From: a bacterium
GTDB lineage: Bacteria; Synergistota; GBS-1
Assembly (NCBI GenBank): GCA_030153785.1
Contig: JASKLF010000003.1
Location: 18,673 to 82,672, forward strand
Direction of reading: 5' to 3'
Length of the DNA: 64,000 nt
Within the stretch, counting starts at the first letter, position 1. Every line of letters starts with the position of its first letter. Of the stretch, positions 11,310 to 20,323 are shown one piece after another. Position numbers and translations under genes: made by a program. Below the pieces are notes generated by a model. The model had not been told where the DNA came from. It saw nothing but the letters and a program-made list of their open reading frames with translations, and made no database searches.

Positions 11310-11313
11310 TAAA

Positions 11314-11601
11314 TCAATCCTCCCTCTTCACTACCATAAACCTCATTGCCTTTTGATTTATCTTCATCACCCTATCAATCTCTTTAAGTCTATCCGGGTT
11401 AACCTGAAAATAAAAAATAGCGTAAATGCCCTCCCTCTTCTTGTTAACAGGATAAGCCAACCTCCTCCTACCCCAAATGTCTACCTTCTCTATCTCGCCT
11501 TCTTCTCTCCTGATTAAATCCTCCACCTTAGATACTTCCTCTTTTAGTGCCTCATCTTCAAGACTGGGATCGAAAAGAACCATCATCTCATATTTTCTCA
11601 T
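11314..11601 (-). CDS. rpsF: 30S ribosomal protein S6
   Basis: MRKYEMM..WGRRRLAYPV..EGIY. Confidence 0.98.
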   Translation of the reverse strand: MRKYEMMVLFDPSLEDEALKEEVSKVEDLIRREEGEIEKVDIWGRRRLAYPVNKKREGIYAIFYFQVNPDRLKEIDRVMKINQKAMRFMVVKRED

Positions 11602-11611
11602 TACCTAAAAA

Positions 11612-11670
11612 CACCTCCCTTTGGACATTAACAAACTTAATGGCTCCCCTCCCCTAAGGGGAGCAGGGAT
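11612..11670 (-). ncRNA. S6:S18 ribosomal protein leader (autoregulatory RNA)
   Basis: Minus strand CCCTGCTCCCC..GGGGAGCCA..CCAAAGGGAGG: inner hairpin, CCR motif and an outer stem pairing with the rpsF SD. Confidence 0.72.
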
Positions 11671-11689
11671 TCACAACTTATCGTAGGTA

Positions 11690-11700
11690 ATTATACCACA
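11690..11700 (-). promoter_or_regulatory. Extended -10 promoter of the rpsF operon
   Basis: TGTGGTATAAT just upstream of the leader. Confidence 0.75.
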
Positions 11701-11702
11701 AC

Positions 11703-12911
11703 CTAAATATAAAGGAAGTGTTCTTCCAGCCATTTTTCGAACCTGTCTACGAAGCGACTCAAATCATACTCTTCTATTACAAACCGACGAGACTCCTGAG
11801 AAAGCTTCAACGCAACAAAATCATCTTGAGCTATCTTAAGGCAGAAGGAGAGCAACTCTTCGTCACTACCGCCAACTAAAAAATGCTTTCCCGGAGTTCC
11901 TTTTAGCCCCTTAGCAACAATGGGAGTGGTAACCACCGGTATTCCCCATGACCAGGCGCTAATAACTTTTGTTAAGCTTCCCATAGACTTTTTAAAGGGA
12001 GCAACGAAAATCCTAGACCTCAACACATAGGGAGAGGGATCCTCTACCCATCCCAAGATATGAACTCCCTTAAATTTTGAAGCCTCTTCCTTAAACCAAT
12101 CGAGAGGCTCTCTTCCCAAAATCCAAAAATTGGCATCTTCAAATATGCTTTTATATTTAACCCATACATTCTTAATAAAGCGTAAAAGCTCGGAGCATAT
12201 CCACCGGATGTTTAAGCTGGTGGTTATAAGAAAATCCTTGTTCCTCAACAAAATATCCGGACTCAAAATAAGGTTTTCAGGAAAGCGAGCAGGTCTCCAT
12301 AAAAGAGGTTTCCCAAATAATTCAGCATACTTACCTTCTACTGGAGAGAGATAAACTACACCATCGCAACTTTCGAGCGCCTTACTTTCCTCATCCCTCA
12401 GCCTCACAAAATTAATGACAGCATCGAGCTTCTCCCAAAAGTCCTCGCAAATATCGAGAATATTAAGATAAGCCCGCCATTCCAAGTTATGAAGGTCTAG
12501 CAAAATCTTAGCTTCAGGAAAAGAAACCTTAATATGTGGAATTAGAAAACCTAAGTAAGAGTGGCTCAAAATAACAACCCGAGGGTTAAAACCTCCAGAG
12601 GAAATTTCCTCCAAAAAACCGTATATCTCTCGAACGTCGTTTCTAAGTCTAAAGAAACTCTTATCACTGGATATTAACTTGTTGAAATATTCCTTTCTGC
12701 TTGAAAACCTATTAGGCTCTACGGTAAAAACCTTACGAGCCCAGGTTAATTCTTTCAAGCTTTCCTGCAAAAGCCCATAAGGAGAGTTATATTGAATCAA
12801 AGTAAACTCCCAGCCACGATTAGCAAGTTCCTTCAACCAAGGATATATAGAAAACTGGCCACCAGATCTCAAAGGATAAAAAAGATATGGAGCCACCCAC
12901 AAGCATTTCAT
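11703..12911 (-). CDS. GT-B fold glycosyltransferase, family 4
   Basis: YPLRSGG N-terminus, LDLHNLEW, GWVED..FVAPF..TKVISAWSWGIPVVTT. Confidence 0.85.
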   Translation of the reverse strand: MKCLWVAPYLFYPLRSGGQFSIYPWLKELANRGWEFTLIQYNSPYGLLQESLKELTWARKVFTVEPNRFSSRKEYFNKLISSDKSFFRLRNDVREIYGFLEEISSGGFNPRVVILSHSYLGFLIPHIKVSFPEAKILLDLHNLEWRAYLNILDICEDFWEKLDAVINFVRLRDEESKALESCDGVVYLSPVEGKYAELFGKPLLWRPARFPENLILSPDILLRNKDFLITTSLNIRWICSELLRFIKNVWVKYKSIFEDANFWILGREPLDWFKEEASKFKGVHILGWVEDPSPYVLRSRIFVAPFKKSMGSLTKVISAWSWGIPVVTTPIVAKGLKGTPGKHFLVGGSDEELLSFCLKIAQDDFVALKLSQESRRFVIEEYDLSRFVDRFEKWLEEHFLYI

Positions 12912-15352
12912 CCTCTTATTCTCCTTAAAAGGGGTATAAAGAGAATACCGAAAAAGGTGAAAATAGTTAAGACCTTCGTTTTTTCAGGAAACGGCTTCAG
13001 CTCACATCCTCCCTTAAGCTCCTCACGCTCGAAGCTGAAATTAAACATGACATCTATCTTGCCGTTAACCGCTCCATCAAGGTCGTACTCCCCGCCATCC
13101 GATAAAAGCAAGAAATCACCTTGTGATTTCTTATTACCGAATTTACCGTTTCTCCAGAACTCTGTCTCAAGACTGCTCACGGGGAAAGAAAAGTCAAACG
13201 TTAATTTAACACTCGCTCCCGGCAGTAAATCAACTATGCTTAGAAAAATCGTATAAGGGTTATCACCTTTCATAGAGAAATTTTTAATTTTACCACGCTC
13301 AGAGGCAAACAAAATTCCCTCCTCCCTTAAATACACTACGCTCGGGTCATAAGCACATGACCCCTCCAACTCATTCTCTACCCCATCACCATCATCATCC
13401 GTCGAGTCAAACGCCGTTATTTTAAATGAAACTTCCTCTTCAGCAAAAGCACCCCTACTATCTAAGGCTCTGACCTTCACACTACCTACTTTATCTTCAG
13501 ATAAAGCATAAGCCACTAAGTATGCTTCCGAAGCGCGAGGGATTAAAACCCCTATCCCTTCGTCAAGAAGTTCCCAGCTGTAGGTAATGCCATCTCCGTC
13601 AGGATCCTCTGCAACACAGGAGAACTTAAAAAGGGTTCCCTTCCCACCGAGGGATGGAAATACCTCAAGGGATCTTATCGTAGGAGGAGAATTATAAGAC
13701 AAGGTCTTAGCCTTCACCCATGTTCCATCACTTTCATTCCCTGCCCTATCCAAAGTGGTAACCCTAAAATAGTAAATGGTATCAGGAACGAGGTCAGAAA
13801 CAACGAAAGAGCTCGAACTCGAAGGCGATACACTTACTTCAGCCATCATAGAATCCACCCCATAAATTCGACACCCTACAAGGTCATCATCTTCCGGATT
13901 ATCCCACGTTAAGGTCACGGAAAAGGTAGAAGGTAACGCTTTAAGATTAAAAACCTCAGCCGGAGGAGTTATATCTGGCTCCAAAGGGTTATCAGGTTCA
14001 GTAGGCTCTTCAAGGGTTTTAACGCTGATTATTTTACCTTCACTCTCGTTACCAAAAAAATCAACGGTAGTTATCTTAAAGGAATATAAAGTATTTGCCA
14101 AGAGATCCTTAACCTCCACACCCTCTTCCTCCGCTTCACAAACAAAACTCCAGACCCCCTCATCTTTAGTAAGATAAATTCTCACGAAACCAAAATCTAA
14201 GTCATCGGGGTTGTTCCAAGACAGTGAAACCGAATGAGTAGAAGGCTCAGCATAGAGGACTAAGACCTCCGAAGGTGCAGTCACATCATACTGAGCTTCA
14301 AAGGCTCCCATATCAGGTAAGGCTCTTCCGTCATTGTCACCATCAGCTGGCCTTAAAGCTCCATTAAAATCTTCATAAGGATAGCTTGCCTGGCTCCCCT
14401 TATCTATACACGGGCTACCCAAGGATAAAGTATAATCTGAAGTAAAGAGAGGATCATCATCAATGCAACCTTCTCCAGAAAAACCCGTCAATAAACTATA
14501 TCGAGCGTTCAAAGAAGAACCGCTTGCAACAAAAAAGTCCTTTTTATCAGATATCCCATCATTCCCCCACACTATGGAGTTTTCCAATTCCACCACAGAA
14601 ACGTTTGTTACGTAAAGTCCTCCTCCATCCCTCTTTGCCAATCCATTTCGCGCAGAGTTGTTTGCAATCGTACTGCTTTTAATGGCAAAGCTGGAACCAT
14701 TACAAACATAGACCCCACCACCGCCATCATCGGCAGAATTTTCCACGACTAGGCAATTCTCAAAGAGAACACTTGAATTATCAATTAAAAAGCCTCCACC
14801 CATACCATAACTCCTGTTACCCTTAAAAAGACACCTTTGAAACTTGGCATTTAACGTTCCATAGTTAATAAGCGCAACTCCTCCTCCATGGCTACTTGCG
14901 GTTGAGTTTTCAACCATAAGGTTAAAAGCATTTAACGAAAAACTCGCACTTCCAGAAACGCTTACACGAAGAGCTCCTCCCTTTTCCCCGGTAAATCCAC
15001 CAACAAGCCTTAAGTTACTTAGGGTAAGACTTAAATTTCCTGCCTTAATCTCGAAATCGATGACCCTTCCGTTCCCGTTGCCGCTTAACTGAAAAAGGCC
15101 ATCTTTACCCTCTATGGAAATGCTATCGCTACCACCTGCAAAGCTCACGAAGACATTCTCTGAAACATCATCAATCAGGTAAATAATATCTTCCTCATCA
15201 TTAGAGATAGCTTCCTCCAATGCGCTTGATAAGGTAGGATAATCAATCGTAGGAACCTCAAACGTCTTGGCAAAAGCATGGCAACTTAAAAAACAAAAAA
15301 TACACATGCTCAGGATAACATATCTATTCCTTCTTAAGGATGATAAAGTCAA
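12908..15352 (-). CDS. Secreted multidomain surface protein: beta-helix, choice-of-anchor Q-like motif, 2x FN3, PKD/Ig-like, choice-of-anchor U-like motif, GGC-TM-basic C-terminal sorting signal
   Basis: Signal peptide (..CHAFA), repeated N-x-A-xx-GGG motifs, SPCIDKG..DMGAFE, two FN3 repeats ending TVDFFGNESEG and TLDRAGNESDG, LSDGGEYDLDGAVNG, C-terminal GGC..LTIFTFFGILFIPLLRRIRG; start uncertain (TTG at 15352 chosen). Confidence 0.8.
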   Translation of the reverse strand: MTLSSLRRNRYVILSMCIFCFLSCHAFAKTFEVPTIDYPTLSSALEEAISNDEEDIIYLIDDVSENVFVSFAGGSDSISIEGKDGLFQLSGNGNGRVIDFEIKAGNLSLTLSNLRLVGGFTGEKGGALRVSVSGSASFSLNAFNLMVENSTASSHGGGVALINYGTLNAKFQRCLFKGNRSYGMGGGFLIDNSSVLFENCLVVENSADDGGGGVYVCNGSSFAIKSSTIANNSARNGLAKRDGGGLYVTNVSVVELENSIVWGNDGISDKKDFFVASGSSLNARYSLLTGFSGEGCIDDDPLFTSDYTLSLGSPCIDKGSQASYPYEDFNGALRPADGDNDGRALPDMGAFEAQYDVTAPSEVLVLYAEPSTHSVSLSWNNPDDLDFGFVRIYLTKDEGVWSFVCEAEEEGVEVKDLLANTLYSFKITTVDFFGNESEGKIISVKTLEEPTEPDNPLEPDITPPAEVFNLKALPSTFSVTLTWDNPEDDDLVGCRIYGVDSMMAEVSVSPSSSSSFVVSDLVPDTIYYFRVTTLDRAGNESDGTWVKAKTLSYNSPPTIRSLEVFPSLGGKGTLFKFSCVAEDPDGDGITYSWELLDEGIGVLIPRASEAYLVAYALSEDKVGSVKVRALDSRGAFAEEEVSFKITAFDSTDDDGDGVENELEGSCAYDPSVVYLREEGILFASERGKIKNFSMKGDNPYTIFLSIVDLLPGASVKLTFDFSFPVSSLETEFWRNGKFGNKKSQGDFLLLSDGGEYDLDGAVNGKIDVMFNFSFEREELKGGCELKPFPEKTKVLTIFTFFGILFIPLLRRIRG

Positions 15353-15650
15353 CGCTCTTCCCCCCACTACTCACCGTGTATTTTCGAATAACGATATTAG
15401 GTATCTGGGTTGATATCTCCTCCCTTGACCACTTATAACCTTCCCTCTCTCCGCTCACCTCCCATTCCGGCAACAAGTCGAGCAAATCTCTGGTAACCAC
15501 GTCTTCGGCCACAAGGGTCATGGATAGTAAATCCTTAGCCTCGCGAACCATCGATACGCTCTGGGTAACGAGGCTCAAAGCCCCAACACCAACCAAAGCC
15601 AAAATCAAGGTAGCTATCAAAACCTCTATTAAAGTAAAGGAGCTTCTCAT
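15324..15650 (-). CDS. Prepilin-type N-terminal cleavage/methylation protein (GspI-like pseudopilin)
   Basis: MRSS|FTLIEVLIATLILALVG with E5; small size; SGEREGYKW. Confidence 0.8.
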   Translation of the reverse strand: MRSSFTLIEVLIATLILALVGVGALSLVTQSVSMVREAKDLLSMTLVAEDVVTRDLLDLLPEWEVSGEREGYKWSREEISTQIPNIVIRKYTVSSGGKSVDFIILKKE

Positions 15651-15656
15651 GAAAAT

Positions 15657-16061
15657 TCACTCATCATCGGGACAATATTTTTTAAATTTTTCGAATATCT
15701 TCGTCAAAACCTTACCGACCATCAAAAGCTCAAGAAAATCCATGACCACTATCCTATCTCCAAGACCATAACTCTCAATTTGTTCAACCATCTCATCCTC
15801 ATAAACGGTTGAACCAATAATGATTATATCCGGATTAAGAGCTTTAAGTTCTTCGGGAGGAATAACCTTTACCCCTTCAATTTCTGTTCCCCATTTCTTC
15901 CGGTCATTATCAGTAAAATACGATGGGCTTCGATTCAAAAACTTAAGTATCTCCAACGCTTCCTTACCACCACTCGATGCACCAAATATAACGATATCCC
16001 TCGCATTGAAGAAGCGATCGATCTTCCCTTCAAATTCCATTATGGTTTCCCTAAATCCCAT
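15657..16061 (-). CDS. Stand-alone Rossmann-like (PglD-N/CoA-binding-like) domain protein typical of glycosylation loci
   Basis: IVIFGASSGG..FTDNDRKKWGTEIEGVKVIPP..DIIIIGS. Confidence 0.65.
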   Translation of the reverse strand: MGFRETIMEFEGKIDRFFNARDIVIFGASSGGKEALEILKFLNRSPSYFTDNDRKKWGTEIEGVKVIPPEELKALNPDIIIIGSTVYEDEMVEQIESYGLGDRIVVMDFLELLMVGKVLTKIFEKFKKYCPDDE

Positions 16062-16064
16062 CTC

Positions 16065-18086
16065 CTACCCCTCCAATTCTCTTAGTCTTTTTCCTGCCAA
16101 ACCATGACCGGGCTCACGGCTGAGACAAAGATGATAGTATTCTTGAGCTTCCTTCTTATTTCCTCTTTTTAAAGCTATCTCGCCTAAATGGAAGTATATC
16201 CCAGCCTCGTTATAAAAGTTCTTGGAAAGAGCCTCCTTAAAAAGCCTCTCAGCATTATCAAGATCACCAATCTTCTCATATAAGGAAGCCAAGTTGTAAA
16301 GATATAAAGGGTCCTCTATGGCAAACTTACCGTATAACCTCGTGAAAACAGTCAGTAGTAATTTTGCTATATTTTCCTCGTCACGCTTAGCAAGCAGGAT
16401 AAAGATTTCGTTAAAAAGGTTTTTTAAACGAAGAGGATCTGTTCTAAAAAGAACCTCCTCGTGAAAAGAAACGAAGTCAATCTCCTTTAATAAATTAAAC
16501 ACAAGCTCACTAACCGAATTCCCTATCAATAACCCTGCATAGATTGCTTCAAGAAGAAAACGGACCTTATAAGTTTTGTTCTTCAAAACTTTCAAATAAT
16601 TTGTAGAATCGTTCAAGACCTCTTTAACGATCTCGTTATCCTTCGCTGAAGAGAGCTCCAACAACTCTTCCAAGCCACGGGCCGAAAGATAAAAGCGCCA
16701 ATTTTTAAGCTCGTCAACGGTCTTTAGACAGTAAGTCTTTTTCCCGATCCTCTCAAACAATGAGGCCCTCTTAACCAAGATATGGGCCTTATTTAGCGGT
16801 GATATAAGCGGGTTAGATTCTGCTAACTCCAAATAACTAAGAGCTTCCTCGTACCTTCCCTTCCTCGAAAGGATGTCTGATTTTAAAATCAGGGCTCTCC
16901 AATAACCGGAATCTGTAGACAAAGCCTTATTTAACTCTTCCTCCGCCTTTTCGAACTCATGTCTCCTATAAGAAATGTTAGCTTTAGAAAAGAAAAAATA
17001 GGATTCGGCTCTTTTTAAGATAACTTCAGGAACATCAAGGCTTACTTCCTCTTCACGCTTTTTACGAATAGAGTCTAACAGCCTTTTTATAAAAACCAAG
17101 GAAGAGCATTCCGCTTTAACCCTCGGTTTAGCTTCCAAAGCCTTCTCTTTAAGTTTATCGTAAATCTGAACTGCTCCCAATACCGTGCTACAAATTAGCT
17201 CCTTATCTATCCTATTATTTAGAGGAATCCATGCACCGTTAAACTTCGATAAGTAATAAGAAAGCAGACACCCCTCTGTTGCTACAACGGGTATACCGTA
17301 AAACATACACTCCTTTAAAATACCGGAACCTGCAAAAGAATGTTCATAAGGATCATAAGCGCAAAAAACGATCTTAGAAGAAAGCAGCTCTTGTAAAAAC
17401 TCCTCTTGGGAGTTATCAGTCCCTTCCTTCAAAGCTACCTTTCCCCTGTATTTTGCAAGCTCTCCAATTAGCCTTTCGTGTCCCAAGAGCGTAGCTTTAA
17501 GCTCTAACCCTGCATCTAAAAGATGGGGTATTATATGCAAAAAAACGGATGCCCCCTTTCTTTCCTCAAAGCTTCCGGGGAACGAAATGTCGAAAACCTG
17601 GTCATCTACATTCACCTCAATATCTGAGGGTATAGGATAAGGAAGAACCCCACTTACTCCTTGGGGACAAACGTGCTTCTTAAATACATAATGAGCAATT
17701 TCATGCTCCCAGAGAAAAGTATATCCTTTACAAGCCAATAATCTCAGCTTTTCATCAAAAGGGAGAAGACTAACAGAGGCATTGTAAAATAATACTTCCT
17801 TCTGAAAATCAACCTTAACGAGCGACTCAACAAAGCTCTCGTATAGGTCAAACACAACTATTGCATCGATATCTTTTCTTTCATTAAGTTCCTTTAAAGC
17901 CAGAAAAGGGTTTCTATAGGTTACTACCTCTTTTCCACTTAAGGTACGAGGCGAAACTATATGCACTCCTTCAGGTCTTAGATAAAAGCAAAACTTATCC
18001 TCCTTACACAATCTAAGTGACTCTTCAATTAACCTTCTTGAATGACCAAAGGGATGACAATCTAAAAAGAAAAAGGCGACCTTCAA
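16065..18086 (-). CDS. Glycosyltransferase-like domain fused to TPR repeats
   Basis: FPGSFEERKG..SGILKECMFYGIPVVAT (GT-B), plus TPR motifs such as YNLASLYEKIGDLDNAERLF and YFHLGEIALKRGNKKEAQEYY. Confidence 0.72.
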   Translation of the reverse strand: MKVAFFFLDCHPFGHSRRLIEESLRLCKEDKFCFYLRPEGVHIVSPRTLSGKEVVTYRNPFLALKELNERKDIDAIVVFDLYESFVESLVKVDFQKEVLFYNASVSLLPFDEKLRLLACKGYTFLWEHEIAHYVFKKHVCPQGVSGVLPYPIPSDIEVNVDDQVFDISFPGSFEERKGASVFLHIIPHLLDAGLELKATLLGHERLIGELAKYRGKVALKEGTDNSQEEFLQELLSSKIVFCAYDPYEHSFAGSGILKECMFYGIPVVATEGCLLSYYLSKFNGAWIPLNNRIDKELICSTVLGAVQIYDKLKEKALEAKPRVKAECSSLVFIKRLLDSIRKKREEEVSLDVPEVILKRAESYFFFSKANISYRRHEFEKAEEELNKALSTDSGYWRALILKSDILSRKGRYEEALSYLELAESNPLISPLNKAHILVKRASLFERIGKKTYCLKTVDELKNWRFYLSARGLEELLELSSAKDNEIVKEVLNDSTNYLKVLKNKTYKVRFLLEAIYAGLLIGNSVSELVFNLLKEIDFVSFHEEVLFRTDPLRLKNLFNEIFILLAKRDEENIAKLLLTVFTRLYGKFAIEDPLYLYNLASLYEKIGDLDNAERLFKEALSKNFYNEAGIYFHLGEIALKRGNKKEAQEYYHLCLSREPGHGLAGKRLRELEG

Positions 18087-20278
18087 AAAACCCCCTCCAG
18101 ACCGATCTTATGTATTGATCCCCAAGGGTAGAAAACCCGTAAGGCATTACCTTCAATGGAAACCGGGATACCTGAAAATATCTTGTCTCCACGAATAACC
18201 TTGATATCCTCTACTCCATTCGCACCCAAGCGAAAGGCTCTTATATCACCTAACCAGACGGTATTGCCTATATAAATCCCATCTTTATAAAGCCAATCCC
18301 TAAATGTTAACAGCCTTGGGTCAAAATAAGCCTTAAGTCTCTCAGGAACATAAGAACGAACAGATGCCGGGAAAAACATGAGGAAAGTATCATCAGGGGT
18401 TAGATAGGTAAAGTTTGAGTCGGAATGAAAAACATCCTTATGGTTCGTTAGATTCCTTAGGAAAAACTTTCCCTTATGAAGATATGAGGAAAACAGGTCT
18501 CCCCAGGCGGTATCAAATAGCTTAACTCCCTTAGCCCCATCAGGTAAGGCGATTTCCTCGACCAAATCACCGCTACGGGAGTCAAATATAAACACGCGGT
18601 TATAAAACAGGCTTAAAGCGTAAAGTTTATCGTGCTTGGGGAGAATACTAACTATTCCCAAAATATTTTCCCTTCCCCATATAAGATTGCCATCAAGCGA
18701 GAATTTGTATAATGTTCCCTCCCCCCAATCGGATATGTAAAGCCCGCTCTTATCCTGAAAAGCGCAGCCTCCCCAAAAAACTTTCTTTATCTTCGTTACC
18801 TCACTTCCATTAGAAGCAAAGTTATCCATCAAACCCTGTATTTTTTCAACCAAGGCAAAGTAAAAGATATTTATTGAAAACACGTTTGAAAGTAAGTTCC
18901 CCAAAAGTCTCCTCAGCTCAAGGTCTTCGACATACCTTATTAAACCTTGCTTGCTCTTCCAATCTACAAAGCTATTAAGCCAATCTATTAAAACGTCCTC
19001 ATTCCCGCATAGAAGGAGAGCCCTTTGAGAGATCTTATTTATCCAATTCCAAAAATCAAAGCTTCTTAAAGCAGTCTCTTTTTGCCTTGGGTCTGAAACC
19101 TTCTTTAAATTCCTCTCTATGTTGAGGAGCGATAGTTCCAAAATTTTCAACACTTGCTCCACATCAACCTTGTCTCTTCTTAGATAGTTATAGAGCTCTT
19201 TTCTAAAACTCTCCCTTTCCTCGTAAGGCAGTCTCCAATATATTTCCCATGGGAAAAACCAAATTTTGTCCATAACGAGAGAAATCCTAAAAAGCTCCAA
19301 AAGCTCATGCCTGATATCTTCTACAGAATCTCCTTTTATCAAATCCAAAAAATAAAGTATATTAGGGTAAACTCTTTTAACATCGAGCTCTAAAGAAAGG
19401 GCTCTTGAATTTAGCTTTAAAAGGGTATCATCGTCTGGACTCTTAGAAAGCTCATCTAAAACGCTACTTAAAGAAGCGCCTTTCTTCTTCTCTTTATCGA
19501 CAAGGCAACCGATGAGTCCCTTGAAAGCCTTCTTTCTTGCCTTCACATCCACATCGAGAACAATAAGCTTACTTTCCTCTGTATTACATTCAAGCTCCTC
19601 CCAGCCATCTTCCTCAGGGGCAACCAAAGATTTTCCATCCCATAAAAGTAAAGAGGTTGAAGAAAGAATCGCTTTAAAATTATAGGTTACCCTTTTCTTT
19701 AACAAATTCCCCCCCCTAACCGTTAAAAGAAAACCATCGTGTAGTAAGTAAGGCCTACCTTCAAACAAGGTCCAAGATATAGGAGAAGAGGGAAGATTCC
19801 ATATAAAACGAGGTTCTCCCCCAATGGAAAAATTAATTAACAAAGTTTCACCATCGGCAAGGAGAAAAGCTCCATCATCATAGAGTTTTATTGCACAGGG
19901 CATATCAAACAGATAAAGAGGAGAATCTAAAAATAGGGAAGGTTTAACCAGCTTTTGAAAATTCAGAATGACTTTTTTGTCCTTATCTACCACTATCATA
20001 TTACCATCTTTAAAGTCTATCCAATAGGGATGAGAAACCTCTGGAGGAAGGTTTTCTATCTTCCATTTATCTTCCTCTCCCACATATTTATAAAGCCTAA
20101 GCGTTCCCACATCAAGAAGATAAATTTCCTCCCCTAACCGAGTTAAAGCGAGGGGGTTCCTAAACCCTTCATATTTGGCAATGACCTTTCCATCAAGACT
20201 TAGCTTGTAAACCCTTCCTTCAAGATAGGAACTAACAAAAAAATAATCCTTTCCCGAAAGACCATCATAGATGAGCAA
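18083..20278 (-). CDS. Hypothetical protein with N- and C-terminal NHL/beta-propeller-like repeats and a helical core
   Basis: GRVYKLSLDGKV, FRNPLAL..IYLLDVG, LYISDWGEGTLYKFSLDGNLIW, RVFIFDSRSGDLV. Confidence 0.55.
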   Translation of the reverse strand: MLIYDGLSGKDYFFVSSYLEGRVYKLSLDGKVIAKYEGFRNPLALTRLGEEIYLLDVGTLRLYKYVGEEDKWKIENLPPEVSHPYWIDFKDGNMIVVDKDKKVILNFQKLVKPSLFLDSPLYLFDMPCAIKLYDDGAFLLADGETLLINFSIGGEPRFIWNLPSSPISWTLFEGRPYLLHDGFLLTVRGGNLLKKRVTYNFKAILSSTSLLLWDGKSLVAPEEDGWEELECNTEESKLIVLDVDVKARKKAFKGLIGCLVDKEKKKGASLSSVLDELSKSPDDDTLLKLNSRALSLELDVKRVYPNILYFLDLIKGDSVEDIRHELLELFRISLVMDKIWFFPWEIYWRLPYEERESFRKELYNYLRRDKVDVEQVLKILELSLLNIERNLKKVSDPRQKETALRSFDFWNWINKISQRALLLCGNEDVLIDWLNSFVDWKSKQGLIRYVEDLELRRLLGNLLSNVFSINIFYFALVEKIQGLMDNFASNGSEVTKIKKVFWGGCAFQDKSGLYISDWGEGTLYKFSLDGNLIWGRENILGIVSILPKHDKLYALSLFYNRVFIFDSRSGDLVEEIALPDGAKGVKLFDTAWGDLFSSYLHKGKFFLRNLTNHKDVFHSDSNFTYLTPDDTFLMFFPASVRSYVPERLKAYFDPRLLTFRDWLYKDGIYIGNTVWLGDIRAFRLGANGVEDIKVIRGDKIFSGIPVSIEGNALRVFYPWGSIHKIGLEGVF

Positions 20279-20323
20279 TTAGGCTCCCTCCCGCTTTTTT
20301 TTTCGGATAAAAACAGTTCGTTC

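Noticed and set aside
20291-20306. T9 run as a terminator or phase-variation tract
   Set aside because: It is an A-run on the coding strand, has no convincing stem, is intergenic and is short
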